Counted from the first letter of the stretch, positions 52,270 to 60,813 are shown. The stretch is DNA of 64,000 nt from Lachnospiraceae bacterium (GCA_017625255.1 JAGALK010000145.1:2463-66462), one strand, 5' to 3'. Notes: generated from the sequence alone by a model not told the origin. Numbers and translations are program-made.

Positions 52270-52968
52270 TTATTTTTCTAACATTGTTACATCGTACAAT
52301 TTTCTGTAATCTACGATGTATTCCTGCTCATTTCTGCCATATTCTGTAAAGAAAATGTCTTCCCTCTTGATTTTGGCTTCATAAACAGTTCCTTCATCGC
52401 CCCAGCGGGTAGCAAAAAATTCTGCCGTGGATTTACTTGCCGTCCACGAAAATCCGTAGATTGCTTCTTTGCTGTCAGACCCGACACCACGATACAGTGT
52501 TACTTCGTCAGAAAGATAACAGTATCTTTTGTATTCGTTCTCTTCCAGCATCTCTTCTCTGTCAATCTGCAACAGCCATTTGCGTATTCTTTTTTTTGAA
52601 ACATTGACATCAGTACCGATATTTTCGATACGGCACCAATTTTCTATCAAATATTTGCAGGCTTCTTGGGTTGTGATTGCACCTTCGTCCTCTGCAAACT
52701 TCAAAAAAGTAAGAATATAGGCTTTCCGGATAAGCCACGAAAGAAATTCTGAAAAATCAGTGACCTTATCTATCTGCTTTTCATAGTTCTTTCGATGCTC
52801 TCTGAATTTTTCTTCATCTTCAAACGCATCGAAACATTCCTTTTTATTATTCATCATATAAGAACTTTCAAAGACCGGGTGTGTTACCACAAACGGAAAT
52901 TCCGGGTGTCGTTCCATATCCAGCCATAAGAAACTTTTTGCTACTACCCTTGCTTTTTCAATATTCAT
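52270..52968 (-). CDS. hypothetical protein (232 aa) with possible C-terminal R-S-ExE ADP-ribosyltransferase-like motif
   Basis: LYRG (R160), FSWTASKST (S174-S178) and NEQEYIV (E214/E216) are in the order of R-S-E class ARTs. The R-to-S spacing (about 16 aa) is shorter than in classical members. Confidence 0.35.
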   Translation of the reverse strand: MNIEKARVVAKSFLWLDMERHPEFPFVVTHPVFESSYMMNNKKECFDAFEDEEKFREHRKNYEKQIDKVTDFSEFLSWLIRKAYILTFLKFAEDEGAITTQEACKYLIENWCRIENIGTDVNVSKKRIRKWLLQIDREEMLEENEYKRYCYLSDEVTLYRGVGSDSKEAIYGFSWTASKSTAEFFATRWGDEGTVYEAKIKREDIFFTEYGRNEQEYIVDYRKLYDVTMLEK

Positions 52969-53044
52969 TTGACAATATCTCCTCTCTTAAATAAAAAGGA
53001 AAGAGAACTTTCATTCTCCTTCCCCATTATACTACATATCTTCA

Positions 53045-53719
53045 TCAGTGCAAATCAAAACCTGCACTGATTTCTCTTACCCCTTCATAATCGTCAGGAC
53101 ATTCAGTTACGCGGGCAGTCAACCGATACGGTAAATACAGATTGTTTTCTGCCATTTCCTCAGCAGTCAGCTTCCGCACTTCTTCGATTACCCAAGTACA
53201 TTGATTAGTAACGGTTTCTTTTACTACATAATATCCGTTATCAATAGGTATTAGAAGTCCCGTATGTACCGCGCTCTCCAAAGGAAGTAAGTAAATTTTT
53301 TCTACCCATTTCTTTGCTTCCTGCGTGTTAAGGATTATAAAAATCTTACCCTCTCCTCTTCTTCGCAAGATTTCCCTTATCATAACAGCTTTGAGTTCTT
53401 CTACTGTTCCTAACTTATGATACTCTTCCAATTCTTTATTGATTTCTTCGCATTTTTTTGCAATCCACTTTCCTCTTTCAAGCCATTTGCCAAATTCCTC
53501 TTTATCGCTCAATAATTCAAGTGCTTCTTTGGAAAAATGAGCTTCAAATATTTTTTTGTACTGTTGGATTTCTTCAAGGGCTTTTAACGCAATAGCCTTA
53601 ACGCAAGTACATTCATAAGCATACTCTTTTTTGACAAAATTCTTACAAGTACCTTCATTGTCACTCGAACAAATTTCTATATCTGCCTTCAATTCCCTAA
53701 TTACTTCATATTCTGTCAT
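53045..53719 (-). CDS. hypothetical protein (224 aa)
   Basis: ATG 53719 with SD aagggag. Confidence 0.55.
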   Translation of the reverse strand: MTEYEVIRELKADIEICSSDNEGTCKNFVKKEYAYECTCVKAIALKALEEIQQYKKIFEAHFSKEALELLSDKEEFGKWLERGKWIAKKCEEINKELEEYHKLGTVEELKAVMIREILRRRGEGKIFIILNTQEAKKWVEKIYLLPLESAVHTGLLIPIDNGYYVVKETVTNQCTWVIEEVRKLTAEEMAENNLYLPYRLTARVTECPDDYEGVREISAGFDLH

Positions 53720-53746
53720 ATCTTTTCTCCCTTCTTTGCAGAAGAA

Positions 53747-53944
53747 TTAACGGAAATAAATCCATAATCCTTCTGCTATCTTCTCTACATTTACTACTTC
53801 ATCGACATTTATTAAAATATCGACAACTTCATCAGCGTACTCCTGCGGTACCGAAGCAAAATATTTCTTCTCTCCGGTAATAATCGCTGATGCGATTTCT
53901 TCCATAAAGGAATTATTCTGTAATAACCATTCCTTTCCGGTCAT
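53747..53944 (-). CDS. hypothetical protein (65 aa)
   Basis: ATG 53944 with SD aaggagg. Confidence 0.5.
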   Translation of the reverse strand: MTGKEWLLQNNSFMEEIASAIITGEKKYFASVPQEYADEVVDILINVDEVVNVEKIAEGLWIYFR

Positions 53945-53946
53945 AC

Positions 53947-54282
53947 TTATAATCCTCCTTCCTTATCACAGTCCCAGTAAGTGACATTTGCAAACGCATT
54001 TGTCAATTCTTCTGCTGTGAGTTCCACTGTTGGTTCTTCATTAGTTTCGACAAAATCATTGTCTACATCTAATTCAAAATAACAGTGATCGCTTTCTGTG
54101 ACTGTTTCAAACTTTTTTTCGGGTAACCCCACCTGCGAAGGAATAAAATACTCTCCACAATCAAGAGCATTTTTTATAGTTTCCTTCATTTTGGGCGTGA
54201 ACTGCCCTTCCACTACCACTTCGTTGTGCATCTTATAATTATCTGCATCACGATAGAGGTAGTTAATCTTGGTATTTTTCAT
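53947..54282 (-). CDS. hypothetical protein (111 aa)
   Basis: Trimmed to ATG 54282 (SD gaggagggg). Confidence 0.5.
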   Translation of the reverse strand: MKNTKINYLYRDADNYKMHNEVVVEGQFTPKMKETIKNALDCGEYFIPSQVGLPEKKFETVTESDHCYFELDVDNDFVETNEEPTVELTAEELTNAFANVTYWDCDKEGGL

Positions 54283-54323
54283 AAATACCCCTCCTCTCTT
54301 TTTTTTACAATAAAAGGAAGACG

Positions 54324-54668
54324 CTATACTGCATCTTCCCACTGTGTTCCAAACAAAGCATACCGCACGATAGTATCAGCGGTTTCTCTGTTGATTTTTC
54401 CTGTGTCAACGGTCAACCCTTCTTCACTTGCCGAAAGAATATTCTGCGTGATAAATGGGTTTCCTAAATATATTCTTAATCCCTGCATCAGATTGTTACG
54501 GGCAAGCAAATATTCAATACTGGCTTCCGTACTTAAACTGATGTCGGGTGTTCCGAATACCGATGCCAATATATTTTCCATATCCGCATCTTTCACTTTT
54601 ACTTCCTCTCTTCCAAGAAGAAGTGTTTTGGTGCTTTCTGCACCTTTCATTATTTTTTTTACTGCCAT
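54324..54668 (-). CDS. hypothetical protein (114 aa)
   Basis: Trimmed to ATG 54668 (SD acggagga). Confidence 0.5.
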   Translation of the reverse strand: MAVKKIMKGAESTKTLLLGREEVKVKDADMENILASVFGTPDISLSTEASIEYLLARNNLMQGLRIYLGNPFITQNILSASEEGLTVDTGKINRETADTIVRYALFGTQWEDAV

Positions 54669-54812
54669 GTTTCTTTCCTCCGTTGTTGTTATTTGGCTTT
54701 GCAAAAACAATCAACTGCAAGGGTAGCCACTCCCAACAGTTAAACTTTGAGGGAGTAGCCCCAAAATCAAGAAAGGGACAGACATTCGCCCGCCCCATTC
54801 TCGTTGTTATTT

Positions 54813-55130
54813 TTACAGTCCGGCAACCGCAGGTTCAAGCGGTGTTGTCAGCTGACAAAACTGTAAAGGCACATAGCCTTCGGTTCCGTCGCTGGTCCGG
54901 ACGATTGCATATTTATCTTCTACTGTTTCCAGTAAAAGGAATGTGGTATTGATACCACTAATTTCCCCTATGGGTTCTGCGGAAAAATCGGTACTGTCCC
55001 ACACGGGACAATAACCCGGAGAGTATCTTATATCCGCTTCTTCTGCGAAGGTCGCCGAAATACTACCCAGCATCGGCACTACTGCGAGTGCTAATACTAA
55101 TGTCAATACCAACATTTTAATTTTACCCAT
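54813..55130 (-). CDS. secreted small protein with SH3b-like C-terminal half (105 aa)
   Basis: Signal peptide KMLVLTLVLALAVVPMLGSISATFA; KYAIVRTSDGTEGYVPL resembles bacterial SH3_3 domains. Lies behind element T5. Confidence 0.5.
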   Translation of the reverse strand: MGKIKMLVLTLVLALAVVPMLGSISATFAEEADIRYSPGYCPVWDSTDFSAEPIGEISGINTTFLLLETVEDKYAIVRTSDGTEGYVPLQFCQLTTPLEPAVAGL

Positions 55131-55180
55131 TGTTCCTTACCTTTGCCGTACTCTTCTTTTGTGGCACGGCTCCTTTCTTA
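55131..55180 (-). promoter_or_regulatory. hairpin-SD element T5
   Basis: UUAAGAAAGGAG-CCGUGC...GUACGG-CAAAGGUAAGGAACA-AUG; hairpin 55169-55146. Confidence 0.45.
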
Positions 55181-55204
55181 ATTTGGTAGTTAGTTGTTAC
55201 TTAC

Positions 55205-55251
55205 ACAAGCCTCCCCTACACCATCGTTTTTTACGGGTTCGGTGCTTGCTA
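55205..55251 (-). other. conserved leader RNA motif, copy 2
   Basis: Same arms as copy 1, with a different central hairpin (CGU...ACG). Lies between the cassette J hairpin and element T5. Confidence 0.4.
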
Positions 55252-55259
55252 TGCAGTTT

Positions 55260-55420
55260 TGACAACAAAAAAAGGGAAGATACCCCTACGGAGTTTCTTC
55301 CTTCTGTTAGTCTTTTTTTGTTGTTATAATTATTACAAGTATACTTTACAATATTTCGGAGAAAATTGCAAGCGTTATTTTTGCAATAAAAAAGGCACAC
55401 CGTTTGGTATGCCCTTTTCT
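55260..55420 (-). promoter_or_regulatory. terminator-promoter-leader cassette J
   Basis: Terminator 55420-55389 (different sequence). -35 TTGCAA 55371-55366, 17 bp, -10 TAAAGT 55348-55343. Leader hairpin 55301-55275 plus U7. Confidence 0.6.
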
Positions 55421-55665
55421 TAATTTACTTTTATTTTCGTCTGCAAATCACTTTCTACAAACGAAATCCCTTCTTTTGTTAAAGAGTAACCCGAAGGATT
55501 TTTTACTGCATAACCTATCTCTACCAAATGCTTAAAATCCGCATCGGTACCAAGGCTATGGTTTTTTGGGGCGTAACGCACTTTTCTATTATGCGTCCAC
55601 GCCATAAGTCCAAGGGTTTCACGCATCAGCAGGCGTTCTTTCTTGGATATAATTACATAATCCAT
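55420..55665 (-). CDS. hypothetical protein (81 aa)
   Basis: ATG 55665 with SD taggaggtg; terminator after the stop. Confidence 0.5.
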   Translation of the reverse strand: MDYVIISKKERLLMRETLGLMAWTHNRKVRYAPKNHSLGTDADFKHLVEIGYAVKNPSGYSLTKEGISFVESDLQTKIKVN

Positions 55666-55675
55666 AAAACACCTC

Positions 55676-56248
55676 CTAGCGTATGAACTGAAAAATATTC
55701 ATTTGTTTCCATTCAGCCCATTCCTCTTCTTTAATTTCTTTTGCAGGTTCAATTTCTCTTACCCACTGACCTTCTTCGTCAGCCTGTAATCTGAAACCCA
55801 CAATATTAAATGGTAGTCCCGTGATACCGTTTAGTTTTCCCCACGGTCTTACCTTTATTGTTACTTCCAATATGGAAGTCTGTGTTACGGTGTTGTTTCG
55901 GGTGTCGTAAAATTCCCCCAGTATCACACCGCAATCAATGCTCTCCGAAAACTTATCGCCTTCATCGAGCATCACTGATTGCTTCGCAATTCGCTTTAAG
56001 TTATAAGCATCGCCAAAAAACTCCTGCAAAGCAATTTTCACTTCCGTAAAAGAATAAAACGAATACCGTTCTTTCGGTTTTCTTTCATTCAGTTCTTTTA
56101 CGGTGTACTCACAGCCGATATGCTTCTTACTTAACGCAAAACTCATTTGCTTATCAAGCAGTCCCGGAGTGAGTTTTTTTGTTGCATCGGATATTTGTTG
56201 ATATGCCACATCAATTAAATCCGATACATCTGCTAATCTCCTTTCCAT
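55676..56248 (-). CDS. hypothetical protein (190 aa)
   Basis: ATG 56248 behind element T6 and cassette K. Confidence 0.55.
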   Translation of the reverse strand: MERRLADVSDLIDVAYQQISDATKKLTPGLLDKQMSFALSKKHIGCEYTVKELNERKPKERYSFYSFTEVKIALQEFFGDAYNLKRIAKQSVMLDEGDKFSESIDCGVILGEFYDTRNNTVTQTSILEVTIKVRPWGKLNGITGLPFNIVGFRLQADEEGQWVREIEPAKEIKEEEWAEWKQMNIFQFIR

Positions 56249-56297
56249 AGTAATTACCTTTGCCGGACCACGACGGGTACGGCTCCTTTCTTTTTTT
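56249..56297 (-). promoter_or_regulatory. hairpin-SD element T6
   Basis: AAAAAAAGAAAGGAG-CCGUACC CGUCGU GGUCCGG-CAAAGGUAAUUACU-AUG; hairpin 56282-56263. Confidence 0.5.
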
Positions 56298-56302
56298 ATT
56301 TA

Positions 56303-56421
56303 CGACAAAAAAAGAGAGAAACCTAAAATTAGATTTCTCTCTTTGTCAGCCAATTTTGTTGATACCCTTTTTAAAAGGAATAATATACATTTATATTAAA
56401 GCATTACTATTCCTTTTTCAA
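56303..56421 (-). promoter_or_regulatory. promoter-leader cassette K (diverged stem)
   Basis: -35 TTGAAA 56421-56416, 17 bp, -10 TAATAT 56398-56393. Leader hairpin 56342-56313 (AGAGAGAAA.../...UUUCUCUCU) plus U7, followed by element T6. Confidence 0.55.
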
Positions 56422-56438
56422 GTATTTTTTTTAATTTT

Positions 56439-57647
56439 TTAATTTGCCAAAATATCCTTTTCGATTGCCTCTATATCATAATCCTGCTTCATTATATTAT
56501 CGTTTGCACTCTTTTTACTTCCTTGACTTCCACCAGCACTTGAATAATTATTGCGGATCGCAGAAATCATAAACCCGACCACATTATCAACCTGCGTAGT
56601 TGATTTCAGAATAGCATAGGCTTTTTCGGTTTTTTCCCTTGAATATCCGGCTTCTTCTGCAATAGAGCGCAAGTCTTTTAATTTTAGCGGTGTATCAATA
56701 AGGTCTGATAACCAGTCTATGTATTCATCTTTTTCTTCTTCGGTTATCGTTATTATTTCTTCTTCCTCTGGTAAATCAGTTCTTATTGTTGGTAAAACCT
56801 CTACGGTAAAGAATATTGCTGTTACTTTACCGCCTCTACCACGCTTTATAGGTACATATTCTACACGAATATCCGTCTTTTCATTGATTTCTTTTATTGC
56901 CGGACGCAGGGCTGATCGTTCAAACTCGCCCCACTTTTCATATTTTTTTTCTTTCGCAACTGCTACTGCTTTTTCGTAGTCCGGTTTTTTAGATTTATTC
57001 AGTACGCTTTTTACTTCCTCTGCTCCGGAATTAACCAAGCCTAAATCCAGCAACAATTCCGCAAGGTTATATTCAAACTCATAAGTTCTTAATTCATTAC
57101 TAATTTCGTTGATTTTCTCTCCGGGTTCAAAAGCCTTCTGCTTTAATACTTGATATAATAGTGAAGAATGTAGGCTTTTAAACGACATCGTTATCTGTTC
57201 CAAGAATTTTGTATAGTTCGACTTAATATCTACAATATAATCTTTCAGATAAGGATTGTAGTATATTTTAAACTTACCATTCTCGCACTGTGCCCTTATA
57301 ATAAGTGCCATATAATCAAATTCTTTTTTTTCGGGATTTGAAAAACCGATATTTCGTCCGGTCATATTGTCAGCTACTTCTTCCAGTTCATTATATAAGG
57401 AGTTTCCTTTTCTCCCCATACACTCCTTTATATCTGTAACATCAAGAGTAGATACCAATGCACCTGTTTCTTTTTCGATTGTGTAATTATGTATTCGGGC
57501 AAGGCTCATGTGTAATACTTTCTGCTCTAATAATGTGGTTTTATATTTTGCTCTCAATATTACATTACTTATTTTGGCAACTACATCTTCTTTTTTTGTG
57601 TAAACCGCTAACCCGGTACCCGTATCGTCTTTGCTCTTTATCTCCAT
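56439..57647 (-). CDS. replication initiator protein (Rep_3/RepB-like, iteron-binding type)
   Basis: N-terminal SNVILRAKYKTTLLEQKVLHMSLARI is the typical Rep_3 opening. 402 aa. Lies immediately downstream of a consensus promoter and a ~700-bp iteron array. Confidence 0.7.
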   Translation of the reverse strand: MEIKSKDDTGTGLAVYTKKEDVVAKISNVILRAKYKTTLLEQKVLHMSLARIHNYTIEKETGALVSTLDVTDIKECMGRKGNSLYNELEEVADNMTGRNIGFSNPEKKEFDYMALIIRAQCENGKFKIYYNPYLKDYIVDIKSNYTKFLEQITMSFKSLHSSLLYQVLKQKAFEPGEKINEISNELRTYEFEYNLAELLLDLGLVNSGAEEVKSVLNKSKKPDYEKAVAVAKEKKYEKWGEFERSALRPAIKEINEKTDIRVEYVPIKRGRGGKVTAIFFTVEVLPTIRTDLPEEEEIITITEEEKDEYIDWLSDLIDTPLKLKDLRSIAEEAGYSREKTEKAYAILKSTTQVDNVVGFMISAIRNNYSSAGGSQGSKKSANDNIMKQDYDIEAIEKDILAN

Positions 57648-57702
57648 TTCTATTAGTTTCCCCCTTTTGTATTTTACCGAAATTTTACATTAAATTATAC
57701 TC

Positions 57703-57732
57703 ATTATATTCCTCTTAAATTATACTTGTCAA
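57703..57732 (-). promoter_or_regulatory. rep promoter
   Basis: TTGACA 57732-57727, 18 bp, TATAAT 57708-57703. The first iteron starts 7 bp upstream of the -35. Confidence 0.6.
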
Positions 57733-57738
57733 TGATTA

Positions 57739-58454
57739 TTTTACTGTTTTTCTACATCAAATAAACCTTTAATTTTTGATATTTTGTGGATTTATATTTT
57801 TGCTGAACACAAGATATTGTTTTCTTCAAAAACTTACGCTTTTTAGTGTTGATTTTCGGTAAATAGGTTTTCTTTACTGCCTTTTTTCCTTCTTTTTTGC
57901 AATAAAAAGCAGTATTATGTTTACCGTTTTTATACATCAAAAACCTATTTTAAGGTTGTTTTTACTGTTTTTCTACACAACTTTTACTGTTTTTCTACAC
58001 AAGTTCAGTCTTTTTACTCAATTTTTCTTTCTGTTTGCACCTTATATTACCGGATTTCTCCGTGCTTTTTACTGTTTTTTTACATAAGTAAGCTTAATCT
58101 TACCGATTTTCTACATAACTTTTACTGTTTTTTTACATACATATTACTGTTTTTCTACATACCTTATTCTCTTTTTTCGGCATTTTTCAAAAACTTTCGA
58201 TTTTAGGCATTATATTAAAAAGTTACTTTTACATTTGTTATTACCGAAAAAATACATCAAAAAGACTTTTTTACCGTCATTCTACATAAGTTTTCCCGCC
58301 GTACTACATAAGTTTTACCGCTATACTACATAAGTAACACCGAAAAAGTACACACCTAAAACGCCCAAAATTTCCCGCCATACTACATAACTTTTCCCGT
58401 TTTTCTACATAACTTTTCCCGCCATACTACATAACTTTTACTGTTTTTCTACAT
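57739..58454 (+). repeat. iteron array of the Rep_3-type origin (about 16 direct repeats of 19-22 bp)
   Basis: Type A TTTTACTGTTTTTCTACAT at 57739, 57960, 57982, 58076, 58120, 58142, 58436. Type B TTTTCCCGCCATACTACAT at 58291, 58370, 58414. Hybrids at 58097, 58267, 58313, 58392. Degenerate copies at 57918, 58238, 58335. Exact 22-bp phasing at 58392/58414/58436. Confidence 0.8.
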
Positions 58455-58500
58455 TTAAAAAACCCGCAATCCCTTGAAAATACTGGGTTTGTGGGTTTCC

Positions 58501-58563
58501 TAATTATAATATGAATTATAATATTGTTGTTTATATATGTATAAATATAAATAACAACAACAA
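58501..58563. other. AT-rich candidate DNA-unwinding element next to the iterons
   Basis: Tandem AATTATAATAT x2, followed by the inverted repeat TTGTTGTTTATAT...ATATAAATAACAACAA. Confidence 0.45.
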
Positions 58564-58656
58564 TGCAAGCGTCGGCGTTTACCCTTCTGCATAGAACTCT
58601 TTATTTTATCTGTACCATTAAGATATACCTAAATCCGTCAGACTATGTTGATATTA

Positions 58657-58688
58657 TAATAAAAGGATTGCCCAAAAGCAACCCCTTT
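58657..58688 (-). terminator. possible terminator after recG
   Basis: AAAGGGGUUGC UUUUGG GCAAUCCUUU followed by UAUUAU. Confidence 0.45.
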
Positions 58689-58691
58689 ATA

Positions 58692-60674
58692 TTAGTTTAG
58701 AAAACCAAGTCCTTTTTTATTGTTAAGAATTTCTACCGCCATTTTACAGCAAGTTTCATACAATTTAGGTTCTTCTTGGATTAAGTCAATGTACTCTGAT
58801 ACGCCGGACTGTTTAACGCCAATAATATCTCCCGCACCACGCAATTTTAAATCTTCCTGTGCAATGGTAAAACCGTCCCGGCAATTTACCATTGTCTGTA
58901 ATCTTTCGTTTTCTTTATCGGAAGACTGTAAGATGCAGTAAGATTTATGGGAACCACGCCCTACTCTTCCTCGAAGCTGGTGCATGGTTGCCAATCCAAA
59001 GCGTTCTGCATTAGAGATTACAATTACGGAAGCGTTAGTATTATTTACTCCTACTTCGATTACGGTAGTTGAAATCAGAATGGAAGTTTTATTTTCCTTA
59101 AAGCTTTTTATAATTTCATCAACTTCCGCTTCCTTCATTTTACCGTTTAACACTGCCACCGGGTAGAACGGTTCAAAGCGATCCTTGTAAAGTTCTACCG
59201 TTTCCTGCACACTTCTTACATTTTCCATTCCCTGCTTTTCTTCCTCATGTTCGATTAAGGGACATACCACATATGCCTGCCTTCCGGCTATCAGTTGTTC
59301 TTCAATAAAATTCATTATTACGGCATCGCTGTTATTGATTGCCGTCTGCACCGGTATTCTCTCCGCAGGCATTGTTTTAATATCATAAATTTCGGTGTTA
59401 TTTCCGTGGACTGCGCCCGCAAGGGTACGAGGCATCGGTGTCGCACTCATTACCAGAGTATTTACACCTTCCTGCGCATGAGATAATAATACATCTCTCT
59501 GCTCTACGCCGAAACGGTGTTCTTCATCAATGATAACCATACCTAAATGCCCGTAGGTTATTTTCGTGGAAGCCAAAGACTGGGTACCTACAACAATCTT
59601 TATCGTTGCAGAAGATAATCCTTGCGCAATTCGTTTCTTTTCCTTTGTTGATACGGTACCGTTAAGATATGCCACCTCCACTCCGTATTTATCAGCATAT
59701 TTCTTAATTTCCTCATAATGCTGTTCCGCTAAAATGGAAGTAGGTGCCATAAGTACTCCTTGGTAGCCGTTTTCAGCCATTGCAAAAAGCATTAGTATTG
59801 CAACCATTGTTTTACCACAGCTTACATCTCCCTGTAAAAGTGCTGATACTCTCTTCCCTGCGTTTATATTATTTATCATTTCCTTCAAGTATTTATTCTG
59901 ATCGACAGTCAGCTTGTAGGGTAAATTCTTGATAATGTCTGCCACAATCGTTAAATTGTTCAGAATGATATGGGTGCCTTTCGCTTCTTTCCTTGTATTC
60001 TCTTCCAAGGTCAGAGCAAAATGCAGGAGTTTATTTATCTTTAATCGGTATTTGGCATCTGCAATATTCATAGAAGCAGGCTTATGTAACATTCTATATG
60101 CCTCTTTTGTAGCCGGGACCTTAAAAAGTCCGTACCTTTCCAACATTTCTTTATCAGCTATATCTTTTTCATCATATTCTGCCAGTGCTGTATCAATCAG
60201 TTCTTTCATTCCGTCTTCTGATATTCCGCTAAATTTCGTATAAACGGGTTTAATACCTAAATGTTTTTTATGGGTACCGTAATAAGTAACCAGTTCCGGT
60301 TGCATAATGGAAAAACCATAGTCCTCGGAATGAGTAATGGTGCCAAAAACGGCAATCTCTTTATGGTTCATCATATTATCCAGCACATTATACATAAAGT
60401 CCTGCCCGATAATTGTACAGTGAATGTAATAATTATTTGCAGAACGCAATTTAAAAGAGATTACGGAACGCTTATTATTATACTTTCTTCGCAGGTCTGA
60501 CGGCTCGCCAAGAAAACACCCGGTTGAACCGGACAAATGGATTGATATTTCCGTAAATTCCCTGCTGTAATCTTTATATGCTCTTGGAAGGAAGTTCAAT
60601 AAATCTTCGTTGGTATAAATTCCTTTTTTCTCCAATATGCTCTTTTTTTTCGGTGTAGTAATAATCTCTCCCAT
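58692..60674 (-). CDS. recG: RecG-like SF2 ATP-dependent DNA helicase
   Basis: LLQGDVSCGKT, VIIDEEHRFGV, MSATPMPRTL, QLRGRVGRG; N-terminal wedge-sized region; 660 aa. Confidence 0.85.
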   Translation of the reverse strand: MGEIITTPKKKSILEKKGIYTNEDLLNFLPRAYKDYSREFTEISIHLSGSTGCFLGEPSDLRRKYNNKRSVISFKLRSANNYYIHCTIIGQDFMYNVLDNMMNHKEIAVFGTITHSEDYGFSIMQPELVTYYGTHKKHLGIKPVYTKFSGISEDGMKELIDTALAEYDEKDIADKEMLERYGLFKVPATKEAYRMLHKPASMNIADAKYRLKINKLLHFALTLEENTRKEAKGTHIILNNLTIVADIIKNLPYKLTVDQNKYLKEMINNINAGKRVSALLQGDVSCGKTMVAILMLFAMAENGYQGVLMAPTSILAEQHYEEIKKYADKYGVEVAYLNGTVSTKEKKRIAQGLSSATIKIVVGTQSLASTKITYGHLGMVIIDEEHRFGVEQRDVLLSHAQEGVNTLVMSATPMPRTLAGAVHGNNTEIYDIKTMPAERIPVQTAINNSDAVIMNFIEEQLIAGRQAYVVCPLIEHEEEKQGMENVRSVQETVELYKDRFEPFYPVAVLNGKMKEAEVDEIIKSFKENKTSILISTTVIEVGVNNTNASVIVISNAERFGLATMHQLRGRVGRGSHKSYCILQSSDKENERLQTMVNCRDGFTIAQEDLKLRGAGDIIGVKQSGVSEYIDLIQEEPKLYETCCKMAVEILNNKKGLGFLN

Positions 60675-60723
60675 AATATTTTTCCTTTTTGTGTGACTAC
60701 ATTGTTATAATTGTTCTATTATA

Positions 60724-60752
60724 ATTATACCAAAAATAAGGGAAAATAGCAA
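60724..60752 (-). promoter_or_regulatory. recG promoter
   Basis: TTGCTA 60752-60747, 17 bp, TGgTATAAT (-10 at 60729-60724). Confidence 0.6.
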
Positions 60753-60782
60753 AAAAACAGAAGAGATTTTTCTCTCTTCTGT
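60751..60782 (-). terminator. intrinsic terminator upstream of the recG promoter
   Basis: ACAGAAGAGA GAAAAA UCUCUUCUGU plus U7. Confidence 0.7.
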
Positions 60783-60787
60783 TCTCT

Positions 60788-60813
60788 CACAGAGTATCAT
60801 AATGATACCTTGT
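60788..60813 (-). promoter_or_regulatory. 7-1-7 palindromic box 2
   Basis: cacagaGTATCATaATGATACcttgt, 5 nt from terminator 60751-60782 and ~40 nt upstream of the recG promoter -35. Confidence 0.5.

Noticed and set aside
54226-54952. Plus-strand ORFs 54226..54726 and 54548..54952.
   Set aside because: They are antisense to SD-led minus-strand genes, have hydrophobic/low-complexity composition, and have no promoter or SD.
57752-57940. 62-aa minus-strand ORF between rep and the main iteron cluster.
   Set aside because: It is a Lys-rich junk-like sequence with no SD. It lies inside the origin region and spans degenerate iterons.
57739-58454. Regular ~22-bp direct repeats that could superficially be taken for a CRISPR array.
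   Set aside because: The repeats abut each other with only 2-5 bp or irregular AT-rich gaps, and there are no unique 25-40 bp spacers. The repeats are degenerate and fall into two classes. No cas genes are present. They sit directly upstream of a Rep_3-type initiator, so they are iterons.
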